Made by a program: the position numbers and the translations under genes. Positions 48,289 through 55,082 of a stretch of 55,082 nt of DNA are shown here, piece by piece. The first letter of the stretch is position 1. Each line of letters starts with the position of its first letter. Origin of the DNA: Klebsormidium nitens. Lineage: Eukaryota; Plantae; Klebsormidiophyceae. The notes beneath the pieces are model-generated. The model had not been told where the DNA came from, did not search any database, and was given only the letters and a program-made list of their open reading frames with translations. The DNA lies in contig DF237159.1 of the NCBI GenBank assembly GCA_000708835.1, forward strand, positions 2,466-57,547, read 5' to 3'.

Positions 48289-49167
48289 GGTTAGCTATGT
48301 TGCAAGCAAGGAGTTGTGATCAGCGTTTCTGGACGGGCTTTCGACTGTCAATGATGAATATACGGGGCTGCCATGTTATCATGGTCAACAGCGCGCTGAG
48401 TGCTTAAGTTACGCTTATTGTCTGAACCAGACCAAGACCGGTGTATCGTGCATATTGGACATGCCGAAGCTGCACGTGTGACACATATTTCTTTTCAAAT
48501 GATTCAATCAGGTCAAGCATGCATTCATGGTTTGATCTCGAGTCAACCGTTGGAGTGGGGTAGGCGAATTCAACGTCCCGGCGCAACATACAAGTGTAAC
48601 ATGCACAGCTGGGTGAAGTCAAGTGCATAACATGATGCACCGCCTGGCATACGGGCCCCACCATGTAAGATCGAGCGAACGGTAGTGATTAAGAATCACA
48701 TTTCCGGTACCATATAGCCGGTGTAAACTCAAATCTAGCAGTCAAACTGCAGTCTTCAAGACTTCAACCATGAGATCATTGTACCCAATGATGTATGCAC
48801 TCATTGCAGGCACTTCTGCAGACTGCTAAAAACAAACTTGCCAGCAATCCACGTTTTGCAAGTCATGAACTGCCACTCACTTTGACATGACATTGCATGA
48901 TACATATGCACTGAATCCCAAGACGACATTTGTATGGAGTAGCTAGGTCGAACTGACTGATATTCAGGCCACATGTAACAAGCCACAGTAACCACAATAG
49001 TAAACTTTTCGAATTTAAGCAGTTATGCTCGCCGAACAAAACACGTTTGCTCTAGCTCTCAGCAACAATCATTCAAGACCAATTTGTTCGACCCCATAAG
49101 AGGTACTGTTTTCCTGCAGTCCCTAGTATACAACAATGACACTAGCCCAGATGGTGAGGCGCGACGG

Positions 49168-54818
<5,651 letters not shown>

Positions 54819-54979
54819 CTTCCTCAAACAATTAAGACGAGGGGTAGAAAGCAGCGAAAAGCCCGTGTAAAGCCTGGAAATAAGTCGCTTCTTCTTCTCA
54901 GAGTTTCAAAATGGAAAGAAAACAACGAAGCGCCTCTCCACAATGCTTTAAGGTCGAACTTCCCTAATTCGGAGATTCA

Positions 54980-54987
54980 AAACCCTA
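54980..54987. promoter_or_regulatory. Possible telo-box (AAACCCTA) upstream of UAP56
   Basis: aaacccta ~160 bp upstream of the ATG. Telo-boxes are common upstream of plant RNA-processing genes, but one 8-mer is weak evidence. Confidence 0.3.
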
Positions 54988-55082
54988 TTGCCCGTGGTTG
55001 AGAATCATGAAGACGTCTTCATTCATATCTCGAGCTTCGCTTGATCTTTTTGAGATTTGTCTTTTGCATGAGCAAGGACATG

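Overview
Intron-rich eukaryotic DNA (GT-AG introns), so most ORF-track entries are exon fragments or noise and the genes were rebuilt by hand from splice sites. It is most likely a pyrenoid-bearing streptophyte alga such as Klebsormidium. That is an inference: land-plant-type RLK/Pelle kinase, VCCN-type bestrophin and class-3 lipase occur together with algal CO2-concentrating genes. Gene order: Pro/Thr-rich receptor-like kinase (+, 5'-partial), CAH3-type lumenal alpha carbonic anhydrase (+), thylakoid bestrophin-like channel (-), LCIB/C-family protein (+), BTB/POZ protein (-), class-3 lipase (+), MYND/Cys-His protein (+), UAP56 helicase (-). Main result: three consecutive genes (9389-28326) are homologues of the three core chloroplast components of the Chlamydomonas pyrenoid CCM (LCIB, BST, CAH3). 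The bestrophin and LCIB genes are head-to-head across a 1.5-kb spacer with repeated GTTACGTAAC palindromes, suggesting a candidate CCM gene cluster. The LCIB homologue also has an unusual putative membrane anchor. Second result: introns of four genes contain degenerate tandem copies of the adjacent exon end plus splice site ('exon-edge echoes').
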